Source: Nitrososphaeria archaeon
GTDB taxonomy: Archaea; Thermoproteota; Nitrososphaeria; JACIWG01
DNA length: 64,000 bases
NCBI GenBank assembly: GCA_963752255.1
Contig: CAVVXT010000019.1
Coordinates: 1 to 64,000 of the forward strand
Direction: 5' to 3'
In this document: piece after piece, positions 21,185 to 31,141 of the stretch
Layout of the letters: each line of letters opens with the position of its first letter
How positions within the stretch are numbered: the first letter of the stretch is position 1
Position numbers and translations under genes: made by a program
The notes under the pieces: model-generated
Databases searched by the model: none
Told to the model about the DNA's origin: nothing
The model's input: the letters and a program-made list of their open reading frames with translations, nothing else

Positions 21185-22242
21185 AAGCAACATTAGAATT
21201 TAGAAACATCGATGTTGATAGCCTTGTTCCAAACCCCCTTCAGCCAAGAGAATCCTTCAACAAAGAGAGCCTAAGAGAACTTGCTAACTCGCTTATCTCA
21301 AGAGGAGAAATCCAGCCCATAGTGGTAAGAAAGCATAAGAACGGATACCAGATAATCGCAGGAGAAAGAAGGTGGCGTGCTGCAAAGTTAGCTGGATTAA
21401 AGACTGTCCCCGTGCTCATTAAAGATACGGCTGAAGAAGATGTCTTACTCGAATCGTTAATTGAAAACCTTCACCGCTTAGACTTGACCTCTACCGAGAG
21501 AGGAAATGCTGTATATGAACTTTGGAAGAGCAAAAGATGGAAGACTTATGCTGAACTGAGTAATGCATTGGGAAAAAATGAAGGTTGGGTTCAATCACAT
21601 ATTGCGGCAGCAGAAATACGCAAGAAGGAAAAACTTGCTGCAAGTTTTTCCACGAGAACAATAACTGATACGGCGACTTTGGAACCTGAAGAAAGAAAAC
21701 AAATCCTCGCTAAGGTTGAAAAAGAAGAGATAAGAGCAGAACAAGTCAGAGATTATGCACGTGCTGTAAAAGAGGCACCCCCAACCGTTGTGGAGGCTCT
21801 ATTGAAACCGAAGTCGAGGATAACTCCCATAGTTGCCAAGAGCATTTCTCAGCTATCAGAGGAGAAGCAACCTGAAGCCATAGAAGAGGTAGAAAGCCTT
21901 AGGCTTACCCCCGAAGAAGCCATAGCTCATGTTGAATTAATGAAGCAAGAGATTCCCTTACCCCCACCTGAAGAGATTGAAAAAATTCGTGGGAGATATG
22001 AAGAGCTACAAAAAGAGTTCAAAGCAAAATTAGATACACCTGAAGCAAAAGAAAGGGGTGAGAATTTTAAGACTTGGACAGCACATATAGCAGTTATGGG
22101 GTTACATGAATCCTTATCCTGCCCGATCTGCAAATCCAAGCAACTTGGTTGGTTATGCCACAACTTGCCAATTGATGAAGCATTGAAGGTTTCTGAGGAG
22201 AAATACAAGAAAGCAACAAAAATGAGAGAGGATGTTACATGA
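21181..22242 (+). CDS. ParB/Spo0J N-terminal-domain protein with HTH and C-terminal Cys/His cluster
   Basis: PNPLQPR, QPIVVR, IIAGERRWRAAK, IENLHRLDL; CPIC...CH near the C-terminus. Confidence 0.88.
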   Translation: MKATLEFRNIDVDSLVPNPLQPRESFNKESLRELANSLISRGEIQPIVVRKHKNGYQIIAGERRWRAAKLAGLKTVPVLIKDTAEEDVLLESLIENLHRLDLTSTERGNAVYELWKSKRWKTYAELSNALGKNEGWVQSHIAAAEIRKKEKLAASFSTRTITDTATLEPEERKQILAKVEKEEIRAEQVRDYARAVKEAPPTVVEALLKPKSRITPIVAKSISQLSEEKQPEAIEEVESLRLTPEEAIAHVELMKQEIPLPPPEEIEKIRGRYEELQKEFKAKLDTPEAKERGENFKTWTAHIAVMGLHESLSCPICKSKQLGWLCHNLPIDEALKVSEEKYKKATKMREDVT

Positions 22243-23028
22243 TAATCAAGCCTTATCCTGCGAGTTGGTATAGAAGGCTTGATTTCCTGTCCTTTATGGT
22301 TACAGATAGCAGCTGGAGAAGGCGAACTCGAAGTTTCATATTGCCATACATCCGTCTCAGTTAAAGCTTCAACTATTCAAGGTATGCCAAGAGGAGCAAA
22401 AGAAACGGAGTTTGGAACTCTAAAAGTAAACCCTATGTTCAGAGATAAAATTGATTATGAAATGGGGAAGGAAAACACAACTGAATCAACTGCTCCTCCC
22501 ATTTCCCAGAAAGAAATATTGGAAGATATTTTCAACAATCTTGGTGACGTCACACGTATTGGTAACGTTCCTGATGTAGTAATAAAAAGTAGAAGTGTAG
22601 TTGAAAAGATTCCGAAAAAATTAGAGGAATTTAAGATGTTCCAAGGTTCAGAGAATGTATTCTATCACCAAAAAAGTTATGGCAATTTTGTGCGTAAACT
22701 GAGGAGAGCTTCAGGTATATCCATTCTTGCTAACCCATATAGGTTTATGCAGAGTGATCTTTTAGCACATGGAATATTATCTTCACCATTTGAACCTGTC
22801 ATGGGAAAAATACGAAGTACCCTGAAGACTGAGTACCTATACCTTGATGCAACTGGATACAATGAGTTAGGAGATACAGGGATCTTGACTGCTGAGCAAG
22901 AACTGGTTGCGAATAAGTGGTGGACTGACATCGGAAAGCCGACTGCATTCCAGATAAATTATGACAGCTCTGGAACACAAGGACAAATTTATAGGCTTCT
23001 AAGAAGAAAATGTCTTGTTGGAGTGTAA
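22239..23028 (+). CDS. Hypothetical passenger protein (ATGA-coupled to ParB gene; probable frameshift near 22266)
   Basis: 249-aa ORF 22279..23028. The overlapping ATG at 22239 is one base out of frame. Confidence 0.65.
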
Positions 23029-23116
23029 TAGGAGAATGATAAAGATAAAACACATGCACTATCAAATGTGCCACGTGCATTGTCAAGTCATTCTAAAAAT
23101 ATAGAAGTGAATTAAA

Positions 23117-24232
23117 ATGGAAAATCAAGAAAGCAAAACGAAATCAGAAACAGAGACTAATACTTCATCAGAAATGAAGCGACAAAGGGGAGGTAGGTCG
23201 GCTGTTCCTTTTCCAAGAAATTCGTTGAAGGAAACACTAAACGTCTCCGAAAAAATTTGGGAGAAAAATACTGGTAAGCCGTTTGATCCTATTCTTTTAG
23301 CTAAAGAGCTCAACACAACACTTAGAAGCAGTTCATTTGTAACACTTTTAACATCTTCAGAAAGGTATGGTTTGACAGTTGGAGGTGTTTTCGCCAAAAC
23401 AATATCAATGACAGAACTTGCAAAAGAAATAGTAGCACCTATTGATGAAGCTACTATCAATCCAAGTTTAAGGAAAGCACTTTTAATCCCAAAAGTTTTC
23501 GAGCAGTTCTATAATAAATATGATCGGAAGAATATTCCAAGAGAAGAAATGGTTAAAACTGTTTTGGAAAGAGAGTTTGGTGTTCCAAGAACTGATACAG
23601 ATGCTTGCTATAAAATTCTTATGCAAAATATTAAGGATTATAATCTTACTGTAACTTCTGGAGACTCTATAATATTGTATTTGGATAATCTTGCCAAAAT
23701 CATGCAACCTTCAGGTGGAGAAGAAAAAGCACCACCACAAACAGAAGTTGGAAAAGGAGAAGGTGTAGAAGAACAACCTCAACCTTCGTCTCCAATATTG
23801 AAGATGCCACGTGTCTTCTTATCCCATAGTAAGAATAAAACTATACTGAGTCAAATAAAGGAAATGCTTGCCTTCGGGAACTTTCAATATGAAATAGCAG
23901 AAGAAAGAGAAACAGTGGCAATACCTATTTCAGAGAAGGTCTTTGGATTAATGGAAAAGTGCAACTGTTCGATAATAAACATTAGTGCTGATGAAGAAAA
24001 GAAAGAAGTAAATGGAACATACAGAATTAACGAGAATGTTTTGATAGAAATTGGGGCGGCTTATTTACATTATAAAAGACGAGTAATCCTTCTAATTGAT
24101 AACCGTTTGAAAGACGAATTACCCAGCAACATTAAAGAATTAGCTGCAATATTCTATGAGGGAGACGAGTTGTCATGGAGTGCAGCAACAAAGCTTCAGA
24201 AGGCTCTTACCGAGTTCCGTACCACCCTTTAA
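23117..24232 (+). CDS. Protein with helical/wHTH-like N-terminus and C-terminal TIR-like (CAP12/Pycsar-effector type) domain
   Basis: RVFLSHS...ISEKV...CSIINISADE...NENVLIEIGAA...VILL...LPSNI, with the conserved TIR Glu. Confidence 0.8.
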   Translation: MENQESKTKSETETNTSSEMKRQRGGRSAVPFPRNSLKETLNVSEKIWEKNTGKPFDPILLAKELNTTLRSSSFVTLLTSSERYGLTVGGVFAKTISMTELAKEIVAPIDEATINPSLRKALLIPKVFEQFYNKYDRKNIPREEMVKTVLEREFGVPRTDTDACYKILMQNIKDYNLTVTSGDSIILYLDNLAKIMQPSGGEEKAPPQTEVGKGEGVEEQPQPSSPILKMPRVFLSHSKNKTILSQIKEMLAFGNFQYEIAEERETVAIPISEKVFGLMEKCNCSIINISADEEKKEVNGTYRINENVLIEIGAAYLHYKRRVILLIDNRLKDELPSNIKELAAIFYEGDELSWSAATKLQKALTEFRTTL

Positions 24233-24234
24233 AT

Positions 24235-24286
24235 AATCAACCGAAAGTTAACACTAACATCAATCAACCGCAGAGTTAACAGAACC
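24235..24286 (-). repeat. Right terminal inverted repeat
   Basis: Exact reverse complement of 19396..19447. Confidence 0.93.
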
Positions 24287-24338
24287 CAGAAAAGGAATAC
24301 TTAAATATATCCTAATCACAAAATAATAATGAATACTT

Positions 24339-24854
24339 ATGTCCAAAGAGAAAAAGGGAGCCCTTGCAGTTAAGAAGGCAAATAAGCCTGCGATTGCCGT
24401 TAAAAAACCTCAACCTAGTGAAATTCAAGAGTTCAACAAGTTGTTAGACACGTTTCGGAGTGAGTTAGTTTGGGATCCCTTCCGGGGATTTGAGTGGCCT
24501 ATTGAATATGAACTCCCAACACGAATACCCTATGTTGATGTTATCGACTCTGATAATGAGTATGTTGTGAGAGCAGAGCTTCCAGGGTTGAAAAAGGAAA
24601 ATGTTAAGATTGAGGTTGGGACGAACGAGTTGTCACTGACTGCCAAATCCGATGTTGAGAAGGAGGAGAAGGAAGGAAAAACCTATTTGCACAGGGAAAG
24701 AGCTTTCTCCACATTCCGCAGATATATAGGATTCCCCGAAAGCGTAGATATAGAAAAAGTATCAGCTAACATAGCTGAAGGTATCCTCGAAGTAAAACTT
24801 CCCAAACTCGAGCCCAAGCCTGAAACGAAAAGAAAAAGGATAACAATCCCATAA
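24339..24854 (+). CDS. Hsp20/alpha-crystallin small heat-shock protein
   Basis: VDVID...AELPGLKKENVKI...GILEVKLPK..ITI. Confidence 0.93.
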   Translation: MSKEKKGALAVKKANKPAIAVKKPQPSEIQEFNKLLDTFRSELVWDPFRGFEWPIEYELPTRIPYVDVIDSDNEYVVRAELPGLKKENVKIEVGTNELSLTAKSDVEKEEKEGKTYLHRERAFSTFRRYIGFPESVDIEKVSANIAEGILEVKLPKLEPKPETKRKRITIP

Positions 24855-24992
24855 ACCTTTTTTTAACCATCATTCGTATATGCCAGAATTGAGGTTTACG
24901 TTGTATTTAGTTAATAACTTAACTAATAGTATTTTCCAAGTCCGGGATTTATCTCTAAACGAATGTGCAAATGATGAAATATCAAGACCTAA

Positions 24993-25184
24993 TTTGATTT
25001 AATTGAACATAAAGGAAAAAAACTTGTATTTACGAACTATGGGAGGAAAGAAACGAAGGGAGCATGGGAAGTCGACCACAGTAACCCTATGACAAAGGGT
25101 GAAAAAGAAAATGTTATAGAACTTGTTCCTTCATGTATAGAATGCAATCGTAATAAAAGTAAATATTCGTACCCGTTAATTTAG
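24993..25184 (+). pseudogene. HNH endonuclease fragment with no start codon
   Basis: Manual translation KGKKLVFTNYGRKETKGAWEVDHSNPMTKG...LVPSCIECNRNKSK. Confidence 0.6.
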
Positions 25185-25479
25185 TTAGTAAAAGACCATT
25201 TCTTCTAAAATATTAGAATGGAGTTAAGAGTAATCCAAGCAAGGGACAAGATCTACAATAAATCGTATTTCACCCCCAAAGATTGAATGCATTGAAGTCT
25301 CTGATAGAACTGTAAAGGAAGTTAAAAGATTTGGAGCTGAATCTTCCAGAGGATATTAGGAATACTACATATGGAGGGATATAGAATAACCTGTACCTTG
25401 GGCTATACTTCGAATAATCAGACCACGAAAATAGTTCTTTCATAAAGGCTTAAATGAACTGATTTATTTGTATCTAATC

Positions 25480-25728
25480 ATGTTTAAGGAAAAGTGTCCT
25501 CAGTGTGGACAAGGAGATCTTGTTGACGTTGAAAAAACGGAAAAAAGGAATGTCGAGGTAAGAAAATTTTCTTGTGGCCACAAAGTAATATCAGTAATCG
25601 CTGGTATAAGTTCTGAACTTGGAATTAAAAGTAGAACGGAACGAGGCCTTGAACATAGGAAAGAAATGGAAAGAGGAAGCAAGCGTTATCATAATAGTGG
25701 AAAGAGGAAGAAGGGCAAGGGGATTTAA
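25480..25728 (+). CDS. Small zinc-ribbon protein (possibly truncated)
   Basis: CPQCG...CGH. Confidence 0.45.
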   Translation: MFKEKCPQCGQGDLVDVEKTEKRNVEVRKFSCGHKVISVIAGISSELGIKSRTERGLEHRKEMERGSKRYHNSGKRKKGKGI

Positions 25729-26328
25729 GTGAAAAAAGTTTTAGGAAGTCTCTTTACTTTGAACAGACAGATTTTATCATCACCATCAGATGTAAAAACC
25801 TATGAAGTCTGGATAACAGGTGGTTATGCCAAACCGTTCACAGGAATAGAAGAAGAATGAAACTAAAATACTACTCAAGTTGCAATTATAAAATAGTATC
25901 AAAAATATAGAATTGGGAAACCTCTCTTTAATTTGTGGATGAGGGTTTCTTTATATGGTAGGACCACTGCTTATATTTGATAGCGATGCGTCTTATTGGA
26001 TTTATTACTAACGCGGAAGGTTATCTGATTAGGAGCAGAGGCTATCAGAGTCGACTTAAATTTTAGGAACATCTAGCGAATCATAATTTTGGTCCACTAT
26101 AGTCATGTAGGGCAAGGTGAAAGTTAGTAAGGCTTGATATCTTGCTGATCTTTCTTTAACTTATAATCACTTATTTTTCCTTTCATTGGAAACAAAATGA
26201 AGAACGGCTGTATAAGTTATTGTTAAAGTATTGGTAGCTAGGAGAAAGATGAAATTTACTAAATTTCGTTTTCTTTGGTTTATGTGCATGGAATACTTTA
26301 TATGTAGAAATTTGTCCAAGTATCTGCA

Positions 26329-27786
26329 ATGTCCAACATTGAGCTGAAGTCGAAACTGACGCTTTTTGATGTGACTAATCTCGTGGTGGGAGCAATAATA
26401 GGCGCTGACGTTTATGTGGCTTCTGCGTTTGGAGCACGTCTTTTGGGACCTTTTTCGTTGGTGGTTTGGGTTGTAGCCGGAATTATAGCTATTGTAATCG
26501 CGCTGTGTTTTGCCCAGTGTGCTGCATTACTTCCGAAAGTGGGTGGGCCTTATGCGTACGCGCATGCTGCGTGGGGAACTTTTGCCGGTTTTCTCGTGGG
26601 TTGGTCGCTTTGGCTTGCTGAGTGGCTGTCTTTGGCAGTTTTTCCGGTGGCGTTTACGCAATACTTGATGTTTTTTTTCCCCGGTCTCAACTTGATCTCT
26701 CAAGTTGTCGTTAAGGTGCTTTTCGTGACTTTTCTCATCGTCACTAATGTCGTTGGGATCAAGTCTGCGGGGAGAACAAATGATGTGCTCACCTTGGTCA
26801 AGCTTGTTCCACTGATCTTCTTCGCTGCAGTTGGCTTGTTGTATATTGCCTCAAATACTAGCATAGCTGCGTCGAATTTTTCGCCGTTTTCGCCACTTGG
26901 TTTCGGTGGTTTCGGGTCGGCGCTTGTCTTAATCTTTTGGGCTTATGCGGGTTTCGAGATCTCCACTATCCCGGCGGATGATGTGAGTGATCCCGGTAGG
27001 ACTATTCCAAGAGCTATTGTGCTCGGAATTTTGATCGTGACTATTTTCTATTTGACAACTAATGTTGTGCTCTTCGGGGTAAGACCTTGGACTTTGTTAG
27101 CTTCGGATAGTGCACCTCTGGCTGCCGCGGCGAAGATGGCGTCGGGTTCCATTCCTGTGTTCGCGTTGGTCAGTGGTATTATTGTTGGTGGTGGAGCTTT
27201 GGTTTCTGTTGCTGGTTCTGATGAGTCGGGAATGATTGGGACATCGAGCCTTGGATATGCGCTGGCTGCTGATGGTTTGTTTCCTCGTGCTTTCGCTAAG
27301 ATTCATCCGAAATTTAAGACACCTTACTTTGGTATTATCATTCAAGCGGTCACCGCTTTAGTGGCGGCGATCATCGGCAACTTAGGATTGCTGATTACCA
27401 CTTCCGTGTTTTTAATGTCAATCGCCTATTTGGCAACTAGTGGAGCGATCTTTTCTCTACGCAGAAAGGGTGTTAAGGCTCAGTTTCATATTCGAGGCGG
27501 CTTGCTCATCCCGGGCTTAGGAGTGATTTTTTCGGTTTTTCTGATTACGCAGTGCACACCAATTCAGATCGCATTAGGCCTAGTCATGCTTTCTATAGGA
27601 GTGCCCATCTACATCAAATACACTCCGAAGAAGGAGATCCCTGAACTTAAAGAGGAACTGCTCTCGCGCGAATCTAGACTAAGAAGGGCGGTAAGTCAAG
27701 AAGAGAATTTTCTTGCTCACCTGTTGTGGCACATAAAGATATACTATAGAAGAACCAGAGGCAAAAAACAAACCTCGGTCAGGTAA
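26329..27786 (+). CDS. APC-family amino acid permease
   Basis: GAIIGADVY, GGPYAY, FWAYAGFE, HPKFKTPY; about 12 TM. Confidence 0.92.
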   Translation: MSNIELKSKLTLFDVTNLVVGAIIGADVYVASAFGARLLGPFSLVVWVVAGIIAIVIALCFAQCAALLPKVGGPYAYAHAAWGTFAGFLVGWSLWLAEWLSLAVFPVAFTQYLMFFFPGLNLISQVVVKVLFVTFLIVTNVVGIKSAGRTNDVLTLVKLVPLIFFAAVGLLYIASNTSIAASNFSPFSPLGFGGFGSALVLIFWAYAGFEISTIPADDVSDPGRTIPRAIVLGILIVTIFYLTTNVVLFGVRPWTLLASDSAPLAAAAKMASGSIPVFALVSGIIVGGGALVSVAGSDESGMIGTSSLGYALAADGLFPRAFAKIHPKFKTPYFGIIIQAVTALVAAIIGNLGLLITTSVFLMSIAYLATSGAIFSLRRKGVKAQFHIRGGLLIPGLGVIFSVFLITQCTPIQIALGLVMLSIGVPIYIKYTPKKEIPELKEELLSRESRLRRAVSQEENFLAHLLWHIKIYYRRTRGKKQTSVR

Positions 27787-28152
27787 TTCCTACCCTCAAA
27801 ACACAGTAAAAAGGTTTTCGTCTCTAATTTTTTAAAACTATAAGTAATTTGCTGTTCGCCGACATTATGTTATCAATAACAATCTCATTAACTTCATAAC
27901 ATCTAATCTCCCTTAAAATTAAATGTTTCCATTCAATCATAGTAGTAAATGATAAAAAAGTTATAATTTAATCTTCTGCAGCTCATTTAATATGGACGTA
28001 ATTATTAGGTGGGTAGAGATATGTTCAAGGTTTTTCGTTGGCAGTGCAATATCTATATTTTTGCCGGCTAATTGAAAATTATTTCCCATGCATGATGCTT
28101 TTCGCCTTATGTAGTATTGTAAGTTAATAAGCAACATAAGGCTTCCAATGAT

Positions 28153-28464
28153 ATGATCCGTTTGATTTCAAATAGGGTTGGTCTCTCTTCTTCTGAAGTG
28201 AAAGAGCGCCTTCAAAAGTTTGGTTCAAACGAGATTGCCGAAAAGAAAGCCAGCGCTATATCAAAATTCCTTAGCAATTTTTGGGGTCCTATTCCTTGGA
28301 TGATTGAGGCAGCAGCTATACTTTCGCTTTTGATTCAACATTGGGAAGACTTTGGTATCATTTTTACACTGTTAATGGTAAATTCATCGATAAGATTTTG
28401 GGAAGAAAACAAGGCTGAAAATGCAATTGAATTGTTGAAAAATAAGCTCAATCGGATTTCTTGA
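28153..28464 (+). pseudogene. N-terminal fragment of plasma-membrane H+-type P-type ATPase
   Basis: GLSSSEVKERLQKFGSNEI...FWGPIPWMIEAAA...EENKAENAIELLK, then stop with no continuation. Confidence 0.8.
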
Positions 28465-28532
28465 ATTTTCCTCTATGGGTGTGATGAATAGTCAAATAAA
28501 TAATAAGATGGATCTTATTCACAGCGTTGCGT

Positions 28533-29042
28533 TTATTCGATTGCATATTTTTTTGATAAGCGGGCTGTAGCGGAGTGATTGATGAGCGGACCGCCATAGA
28601 GCGTGGAATTGCTGATGACCGCAATTTTGCCCGAGTCCATCTTGATCCAAGTGTTTCTTAAAGCGAAGCGCACGACAATTCCTTTAACGTTGCCGTACTC
28701 CACTGTGTCGTTCAGGTGGACCACTCCGTCAAATAAGAGGAGAATGCCAGAGATGATGTTGGAGAGAGTATTCTGTAACGCGAGCGAAACGGTAAGCGCG
28801 CCGATTCCAGATATGGTAAGGACTGTGAACTCCGATGCAATGTTAGTTAATGAGAGAATTTCTGCGAGTATCACGAGAGTTGCGATGATTCTCATTGAAG
28901 CTCCGATATCACGAATTACGGTGGGGCTTGATCCGGCAACCTTTGCCACGCGCCTGATAACGGAGCTTATGAACTCTTCAATTAGGAACGTGGCGACAGT
29001 GCCAACGGCGATTTCTATAATCAGCTCGAAGATTGAGACCAT
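28533..29042 (-). CDS. mscS: Small-conductance mechanosensitive channel (short MscS)
   Basis: SLALQNTLSNIISGILL...G.V....LRNTWI...ISNS. Confidence 0.85.
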   Translation of the reverse strand: MVSIFELIIEIAVGTVATFLIEEFISSVIRRVAKVAGSSPTVIRDIGASMRIIATLVILAEILSLTNIASEFTVLTISGIGALTVSLALQNTLSNIISGILLLFDGVVHLNDTVEYGNVKGIVVRFALRNTWIKMDSGKIAVISNSTLYGGPLINHSATARLSKKYAIE

Positions 29043-29608
29043 TCCAGTTGAGTCCCTTCCAGCTTTAATAAAAGGATTGCGTGCATATAGCTCTTAAGTA
29101 TATGTGACTCAACGAAGTAATGAGCTACCAAGAGAAAGACCATAGAAGTGGCGAAAGGAAGAGGTCAACAATCTCTTTTTCGTTGCTCCTTCTCTATCTT
29201 CAGGGGCAACGAACTGCAGAATATTCAACCCTTTTTAAAGCTCCTCATGGGAATAGCCAGAAATTTCAGGAACCCTATCACTGGCAAATACTAATTGCCC
29301 CATTCATCTCAGTTTCAAAAATAATGTCCGGGAACAATCTGCCAGTTTTCGAAACCTCTGTTCGCTTTCACGCAGAATCTACTCAGCTTTCTTGCTTTCG
29401 CTAAAATCTAAGAACATGCCCTGCACTGTAGGTTGCTCATCATATTCAACTCTATTTGAGAGTACGCTCAGACAGATTATCGAGCCATCCTTTCGCACCG
29501 CACGAAACTCAAAATGGGGTGAATCTCAAGGGCGCACGCTCAAGCTTGAATTAATCGTCGTTAACCTTAACTTGGAATGTGTCGTGTTAAGATGCGTGAG
29601 GAGATGTT

Positions 29609-30985
29609 TTGTTGAAGAAAACAAAGATCATATGCACTCTGGGTCCAGCCAGCTCTTCAAAGCAAATGATTGAAAAAATGTTACAAGCGGGCATGAACGG
29701 CGTAAGGATAAACACCGCTTACGGAAATCTTGCTCAATACCAGTCAATTATAGAAACGGTGAGGGAAATTGCGGTTATCCCCATAATAATTGACATCAAA
29801 GGCCCAGAAATCAGAATCAAGACATCCCAACAGAAGGTCTTAAGCAAAGGAGACGTTTTAGAAGTAGGCTTCGACGGAGAAGAAGTCCATTTCAATCACG
29901 ATTTCTATGACAAAATGGAGGTTGATGACGAAGTATACATTGACAATGGAAAAATTAGAACACGCGTAGTTGAAAAGAAAGACCGAAAACTTCATCTTCT
30001 GACCTTGGACAGCGGTGCCATAGAAGATGGAAAAGGAGTTAACATTCCCAATAAACATCTTTCAGTTCCAACCTTCCTCGAGAAAGACTTGGAGATCATA
30101 AGGTTTGCAAAAAAACATGACGTCGAATACGTTGCACTCTCATTCACAAGAAATGCAGAAGACGTGAAAAACTTGTCTCAGACTAATAGTTTTGAAGGCG
30201 GGATAATCGCCAAGATTGAGAACTCTGAGGGTGTTCAAAACGTCGAAGAGATTTTAGACGCCGCTAGTGGATTAATGGTTGCAAGAGGCGACTTGGGGGT
30301 TGAAATCGAACCTGAAAGAGTTCCTCTGGTTCAGAAATCACTCATCAAATTAAGCAATCAGAAGGGTAAACTGGTTGTCACCGCAACAGAGATGCTTGAA
30401 TCGATGATTCATCAACCCAATCCAACCAGGGCTGAAGTCAGCGACGTAGCAAACGCCATACTGGACGGGTCTGACGCTGTTATGCTTTCTGGCGAAACAG
30501 CGGTTGGTCAGTATCCTGTTGAAGCCGTTGAGATGATGACTCGGATAGCGAATGAAGCAGAGAAAGCCGTCAAGAGCAACGTTGAAGATACTCCGTTCAT
30601 CAACATCTCTGACACGGTGAGCAAGGCAATCCAGAGAATATGTCAGAGCATGCCCGTTCACAAAGTTATCCCTTTGACGCGGTCGGGTTACACTGCCCGA
30701 ATGATAGCTCGCTTCAAGATTGCTCAGCCGATAATTGCTGTCACTCCTGAAATTAAAGTTAAAAAACAACTGGAACTCACATTCGGCGTGTACCCAGTTC
30801 TGATAAACTACCGCGAAGAAAAAGACCGAATATCGACAGTTGCAAACCAACTTCATGAAATGCGTCTGGTTGATGATGAAGAAACTGTCTTGTTCACCGC
30901 GGCTATGAGAACCACTATGGCGCACGCCAGCAACTCTATAGAAATACATAGAATTAAGGAATTGAGAAAATTTGCGTCTTCCTGA
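29609..30985 (+). CDS. pyk: Pyruvate kinase
   Basis: TKIICTLGP, DIKGPEIR, IIAKIE, MVARGDLG, ATEMLESM, PTRAEVSDVAN, MLSGETA. Confidence 0.96.
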   Translation: MLKKTKIICTLGPASSSKQMIEKMLQAGMNGVRINTAYGNLAQYQSIIETVREIAVIPIIIDIKGPEIRIKTSQQKVLSKGDVLEVGFDGEEVHFNHDFYDKMEVDDEVYIDNGKIRTRVVEKKDRKLHLLTLDSGAIEDGKGVNIPNKHLSVPTFLEKDLEIIRFAKKHDVEYVALSFTRNAEDVKNLSQTNSFEGGIIAKIENSEGVQNVEEILDAASGLMVARGDLGVEIEPERVPLVQKSLIKLSNQKGKLVVTATEMLESMIHQPNPTRAEVSDVANAILDGSDAVMLSGETAVGQYPVEAVEMMTRIANEAEKAVKSNVEDTPFINISDTVSKAIQRICQSMPVHKVIPLTRSGYTARMIARFKIAQPIIAVTPEIKVKKQLELTFGVYPVLINYREEKDRISTVANQLHEMRLVDDEETVLFTAAMRTTMAHASNSIEIHRIKELRKFASS

Positions 30986-31141
30986 GGGCTGGACATTTTT
31001 TGGTGAAAATGAGTCATGATCTGTAATCTTTCCATTTTTAGACACGCTGAGACTACCGAGAACAGCAACCAAATATTCTAAGGCTGTGTATATTCATCTT
31101 TGTGAACTTGTTTTTGGAAATTCCTACGACTCAAGACGATT

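Larger units (their letters stand above)
19396..24286. mobile_element. IS6-family transposon with passenger genes (4891 bp)
   Basis: Perfect 52-bp terminal inverted repeats beginning GGTTCTGTT (19396..19447 and 24235..24286); 8-bp direct repeat CAGAAAAG on both sides (19388..19395, 24287..24294); internal DDE transposase. Confidence 0.93.

Noticed and set aside
21181-22242. ParB gene as evidence of a plasmid or partition system
   Set aside because: No ParA, Rep or parS-like array nearby; the gene lies inside a TIR/TSD-bounded transposon
27853-27876. GTTCGCCGACATTATGTTATCA as a dif/Xer-like site (similar TTATGTTATCA near 53774)
   Set aside because: Only one arm resembles dif, spacing is wrong and no recombinase is in the window
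30350-31072. 240-aa minus-strand ORF
   Set aside because: Antisense to pyruvate kinase
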